64,000 nucleotides of DNA, from NCBI RefSeq assembly GCF_018350175.1, contig NC_058368.1, positions 116,314,001 to 116,378,000 on the forward strand, in the 5' to 3' direction. The position numbers and the translations under genes are program-made. Positions 60,120 through 64,000 of the stretch are shown in pieces (position 1 is the first letter of the stretch; every line of letters starts with the position of its first letter). The stretch comes from Felis catus (lineage: Eukaryota). The notes beneath the pieces are model-generated. The model was not told the DNA's origin, made no database searches, and saw only the letters and a program-made list of their open reading frames with translations.

Positions 60120-60899
60120 TTTATTTTTTATTATTTAAAAAACATTTTTTAATGTTTATTTATTTTTGAGATAATGAGAGAGCCAGAGTGCAAGCAGTGG
60201 AGGGGCAGACAGAGGGAGACACAGAATCCGAAGTAGGCTCCAGGCTCTGAGCGGTCAGCCCAGAGCCTGACATGGGGCTCGAACTCCCGAACCGTGTGAT
60301 CATGACCTGAGCCAAAGTCGGATGCTTAACCGACTGAGCCACTCAGGCACACCTAATTAAGGTTTCTTTAATTAATTCTTTAATAAAAGAATTGCCTAAC
60401 CTTATAAAACCTTGTTTTTATACCCAGTCTTTGCCTTTCATTAGCAATATTTTCGTCATTTTTGAAATACAGAACAACACAGCATTTGACTTTATATGGC
60501 ACAATAAGAATTAAGGCCTACATAAAATTTTGAAGTAAAGAATTTGAAACTAAAGAAGGATATTTATGGTGATAGAAGGGTAGAATGAATACCCTCCATG
60601 AGAGTGACTTATTAATTGCGTTACTGTCTGTGCAGATGGACCCATGGTAATATTACTTACAAGTGAATTGATACTGATTTTTTTTTTAATTTTTTTTTTT
60701 AATGTTTATTTTTGAGACAGAGAGAGACAGAGCATGAACAGGGGAGGGTCAGAGAGAGAGGGAGACACAGAATCCGAAACAGGCTCCAGGCTCTGAGCAG
60801 TCAGCACAGAGCCCGACGCGGGGCTTGAACTCACGGACTGCGAGATCGTGACCTGAGCTGAAGTCGGACGCTTAACCGACTGAGCCACACAGGCGCCCC
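60120..60899 (-). mobile_element. Two antisense CanSINEs (60120-60353; 60679-60899)
   Basis: Second copy has TSD gatactgattttttt. Confidence 0.88.
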
Positions 60900-61495
60900 G
60901 ATACTGATTTTTTTTATCTTTGTAAAATTCTTTGCCTCATTGTAACAAGCTAGTGCTGAGGCAAATTATAGGTTACTATCAGACCACAGGGGTTTTCCTT
61001 GGTGACATAATCCCTAGTGGTAATGACTTCATAGAATTTATTGTTATTTTTTTGCCAAGTCTTTGTTTTTTAAACAGATCTAACAAAGTTTCTATGCTTC
61101 AACATGACACCTAGGTTTGAGGGTATAGGTATATTTTACCTGGCGGTTGTATAAACAATAATTGTTTGAGGTACTATTACTCTTGACTATGGATTTAACA
61201 GTTTTTTGAACTTCAATGAATGTGGAAATTTGAAATTATTTAGAATTGTAAATATGTCATAAGTCTGATTCTTTTCAATATTTGGGCTTGCTCAAAACTA
61301 AGGGAAAGAAAATGGAGTTTTTGATAAAGTCAGCTCACTTCTCAGCTGGGCATAATAGTATATATGTATCTAAGGTGCATCTCCTTTTCTTCCTTTCTGA
61401 CTTTTCTCAATCTCTTCTGTTCTTCCAATTTTAAAAACTCAAAATAACAACCAAACAAAAACGTTTCTTCTTGTTTTACTTCTGAAAATCTGCAG

Positions 61496-61733
61496 GATGG
61501 ACATGTTGAGGTAGCACGTTTGCTTTTGGATAGTGGTGCTCAAGTGAACATGCCTGCAGATTCATTCGAGTCTCCGTTGACGCTAGCTGCCTGTGGAGGA
61601 CACGTTGAATTGGCAGCTCTACTTATTGAAAGGGGAGCAAATCTTGAAGAGGTTAATGATGAAGGATACACTCCCTTGATGGAAGCTGCTCGGGAAGGAC
61701 ACGAAGAGATGGTGGCACTACTCTTAGCACAAG
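61496..61733 (+). CDS. ANKHD1: ANKHD1 exon 8 (238 nt), ankyrin repeats
   Basis: tgcag|GATGGA; DGHVEVARLLLDSGAQVNMPADSFESPLTLAACGGHVELAALLIERGANLEEVNDEGYTPLMEAAREGHEEMVALLLAQ; G|gtaaag. Confidence 0.97.
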
Positions 61734-61962
61734 GTAAAGTAGTTTTATTTCTTTAATTAAAAGGTCTATTTCCTTTGGATGTTTTGTGTCATCAGTCAAG
61801 TTTACTACTACTAACATATTTTTTTGCATTGATGATAAAGTAAATTTTCCATGCCCTGAAAGGAATCCCAGAAGCTGGGAGAGATCATTAACGCTGTTTA
61901 GAGCAATATCTTTATTGTAAGTCTTTTGCCGCTAGTTTTACAAACTTTTATGCTTTTCTCAG

Positions 61963-62154
61963 GAGCAAATATAAATGCCCAGACGGAAGAAACCCAAGAA
62001 ACTGCTCTGACTTTGGCTTGCTGTGGAGGATTTTCTGAAGTTGCAGACTTCTTGATTAAGGCCGGGGCTGATATAGAACTTGGCTGCTCCACACCTCTAA
62101 TGGAAGCTTCACAGGAGGGACACCTCGAGTTGGTTAAATATTTACTGGCTGCCG
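61963..62154 (+). CDS. ANKHD1: ANKHD1 exon 9 (192 nt), ankyrin repeats
   Basis: ttctcag|GAGCA; (G)ANINAQTEETQETALTLACCGGFSEVADFLIKAGADIELGCSTPLMEASQEGHLELVKYLLAA; G|gtatgt. Confidence 0.97.
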
Positions 62155-62311
62155 GTATGTGGCTTTAAAAGTGCCTTTTAAAAAAAGGCTTTTTATATAG
62201 CTTTTGTAACTTTATCAATGAAACTTACTGTTTTATATCTATAAAAGGTGAACGCCAGCTCCACAATTGAATTGCTCTTCTTGGGCTCCTAAACCTCTGA
62301 AATGTCATTTT

Positions 62312-62346
62312 TATTATTATTATTATTTTTAAAGTTTGTTTATCTT

Positions 62347-62382
<36 letters not shown>

Positions 62383-63035
62383 ACGCGAGCACAAATGGGA
62401 GGAGGGGCAGAGAGAGGAGAGAAGGAATCCGAAGGAGGCTTTGCACTGTCAGCACAGAGCCCGACACCGGGCTCATTCTCAAGAACTGAGAGATCATGAC
62501 CTGAGCCGAAACCAGTAGTCAGACGCATAACTGACTGAGCCACCTAGGTGCCCTGAAAAAAGGCATTTTTAATGTTTGTTATTTTATTTTATTTTATTTT
62601 ATTTTATTTTATTTTATTTTATTTTATTTTATTTTATTTTATTTTTAAATGTTTATTTATTTTTGAGACAGAGAGAGACAGAGCATGAACGGGAGAGGGG
62701 CAGAGAGAGAGGGAGACACAGAATCCGAAGCAGGCTCCAGGCTCTGAGCTGTCAGCCCAAAGCCCGACGCGGGGCTTGAACTCACGGACCGCGAGATCGT
62801 GACCTGAGCTGAAGTCGGACACTTAACCGACTGAGCCACCCAGGCGCCCCAATGTTTATTTATTTTTGAGAGGGGGAAGGGAGGAGCAGAGAGAGGGAGA
62901 CACAGAATCTGAAGCAAGCTCCAGGCTCTGAACTGTCAGCATAGAGCCTAGCATAGAGCTCAACCTCAGGAACTGCAAGATCATGACCTGAGCTGAAGTC
63001 AGATGCTTAACCGACTAAGCCACCCAGGTGCCCCC
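62312..63035 (-). mobile_element. Stack of three antisense CanSINEs
   Basis: Outer TSD aaatgtcatttt at 62300-62311 and 63037-63048; the middle copy has a (TTTTA)n tail. Confidence 0.9.
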
Positions 63036-63234
63036 AAAATGTCATTTTAAAAACGTTTTCTTATTGTTATTAATGTTTGTTTAGTGACCATAGGCTTCTC
63101 ATTGACCTTCTCTTTCCATTGAATGGTTTGAGGCTTCTTTCTGCAAGGGAAAAGTTAGCTTCTTCAAGTCTCTGTTGGAGAGATGGAGGTGGAGAGGACA
63201 TTATAAGAGGTTATAATTTGATACTTTTTAAAAA

Positions 63235-63906
63235 ATATGTTTATTTTTGAAAGACACGGAGAGCGTGTGCACATGCGCCCAAGTAGGGGTGGGGCAGAGA
63301 GAGGAGGACAGAGGATCCGAAGCAGGCTCTGTGCTGATAGCAGAGAGCATGATGCTGGGCTCAAACTCATGAACCCTGAGATCATGACCTGAGCTAAAGT
63401 CAGATGTTTAAGTGACTGACTACAATTTGCTACTTAAAAAAAAGGGTTTTTTAATGTTTTTATTTATTTTTGAGAGACAGAGAGACAGAGCATGAGCGGG
63501 GGAGGGGCAGAGAGAGAGGGAGATAGAGAATCTGAAGCAGGCTCCAGGCTGTCAGCACAGAGCCCACATTCACAGACCTTGAGATCATGACCTGAGCTGA
63601 AGTCCGGAACCGACTGAGCTACTACCCAGGCACCCCTATAATTTGATACTTTTAAGCCTATTGATTTCTTGACATTTCTAAGTCTTCTTAAAAGAAAAAA
63701 AAAAAAAAAGAACTAGTGGGAATTTAATTTTTGGCAGAAGTACTTAGTTTTAAAATAATTTGTGGTTAGGGGTGCCTGGGTGGCTCAGTCAGTTGAGCAT
63801 CTGACTTTGGCTCAGGTCATAATCTCGGGGTCCATGGGTTCTTGCCCCGCCTTGGGCTCTGTGCTGAAACGTGAAGCCTGGAGCCTCCTTCAAGTTCTGT
63901 GTCTGC

Positions 63907-63960
<54 letters not shown>

Positions 63961-64000
63961 AATGAATAAACTTTAAATAAGTTTTTTAATAAAAAATAAA
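63235..64000. mobile_element. Two antisense CanSINEs (63235-63420, 63446-63636) and one sense CanSINE (63769-64000)
   Basis: CanSINE text; outer TSD ataatttgatactttt around the antisense pair. Confidence 0.86.

Larger units (their letters stand above)
2265..64000 (+). other. ANKHD1: ANKHD1 gene body, 5' part (exons 1-9; continues beyond window). TSS is approximate.
   Basis: Nine GT-AG-bounded exons splice into one continuous frame, MLTDGGGGGTSFEEDLDSVAPRS...VESFILDQEDLDNPVLKT...ankyrin repeats. This matches the recalled ANKHD1 N-terminus rather than the paralog ANKRD17. Confidence 0.95.

Noticed and set aside
2389..62154. Assignment to the paralog ANKRD17
   Set aside because: The N-terminus MLTD..GGGGTSFEEDLDSVAPRSAP and the exon sizes match the recalled ANKHD1, not ANKRD17.
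5369..63965. Dozens of similar 60-100-aa ORFs (WVAQSVKHLTSAQVMIS..., EPGACFRFCVSLSLCP...) resembling a gene family or repeat array
   Set aside because: They are translations of dispersed CanSINE copies, not genes and not a CRISPR-like array.

Overview
Mammalian genomic DNA, not prokaryotic. The tRNA-derived CanSINEs and young L1 3' ends point to a felid (cat family). The window holds the CpG-island promoter and first nine coding exons of ANKHD1 (MASK1) on the + strand: ATG at 2389, all introns GT-AG with consistent phases, 1657 coding nt (about 552 aa), and the gene continues past the window end. Introns 1 (about 28.8 kb) and 7 (about 17.1 kb) are dense in repeats: about 70 CanSINEs by my manual count, three 5'-truncated young L1s, older L1M/L2/MIR/MER/MLT fragments, an antisense RPL7A processed pseudogene and an internally deleted Tigger/pogo DNA transposon. 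Four observations stand out. (i) Exons 2-7 form a phase-0/phase-0 936-nt block bracketed by inverted SINE and L1 pairs, so a back-spliced circle would be a stop-free ankyrin-repeat ORF. (ii) The Tigger-like element retains both transposase termini and may be lineage-restricted. (iii) Several L1-endonuclease sites were hit repeatedly. (iv) An inverted target-site duplication suggests a SINE-mediated micro-inversion. I see no evidence of a wholly new gene system. Repeat subfamily names and human comparisons are from memory, and repeat boundaries are approximate.
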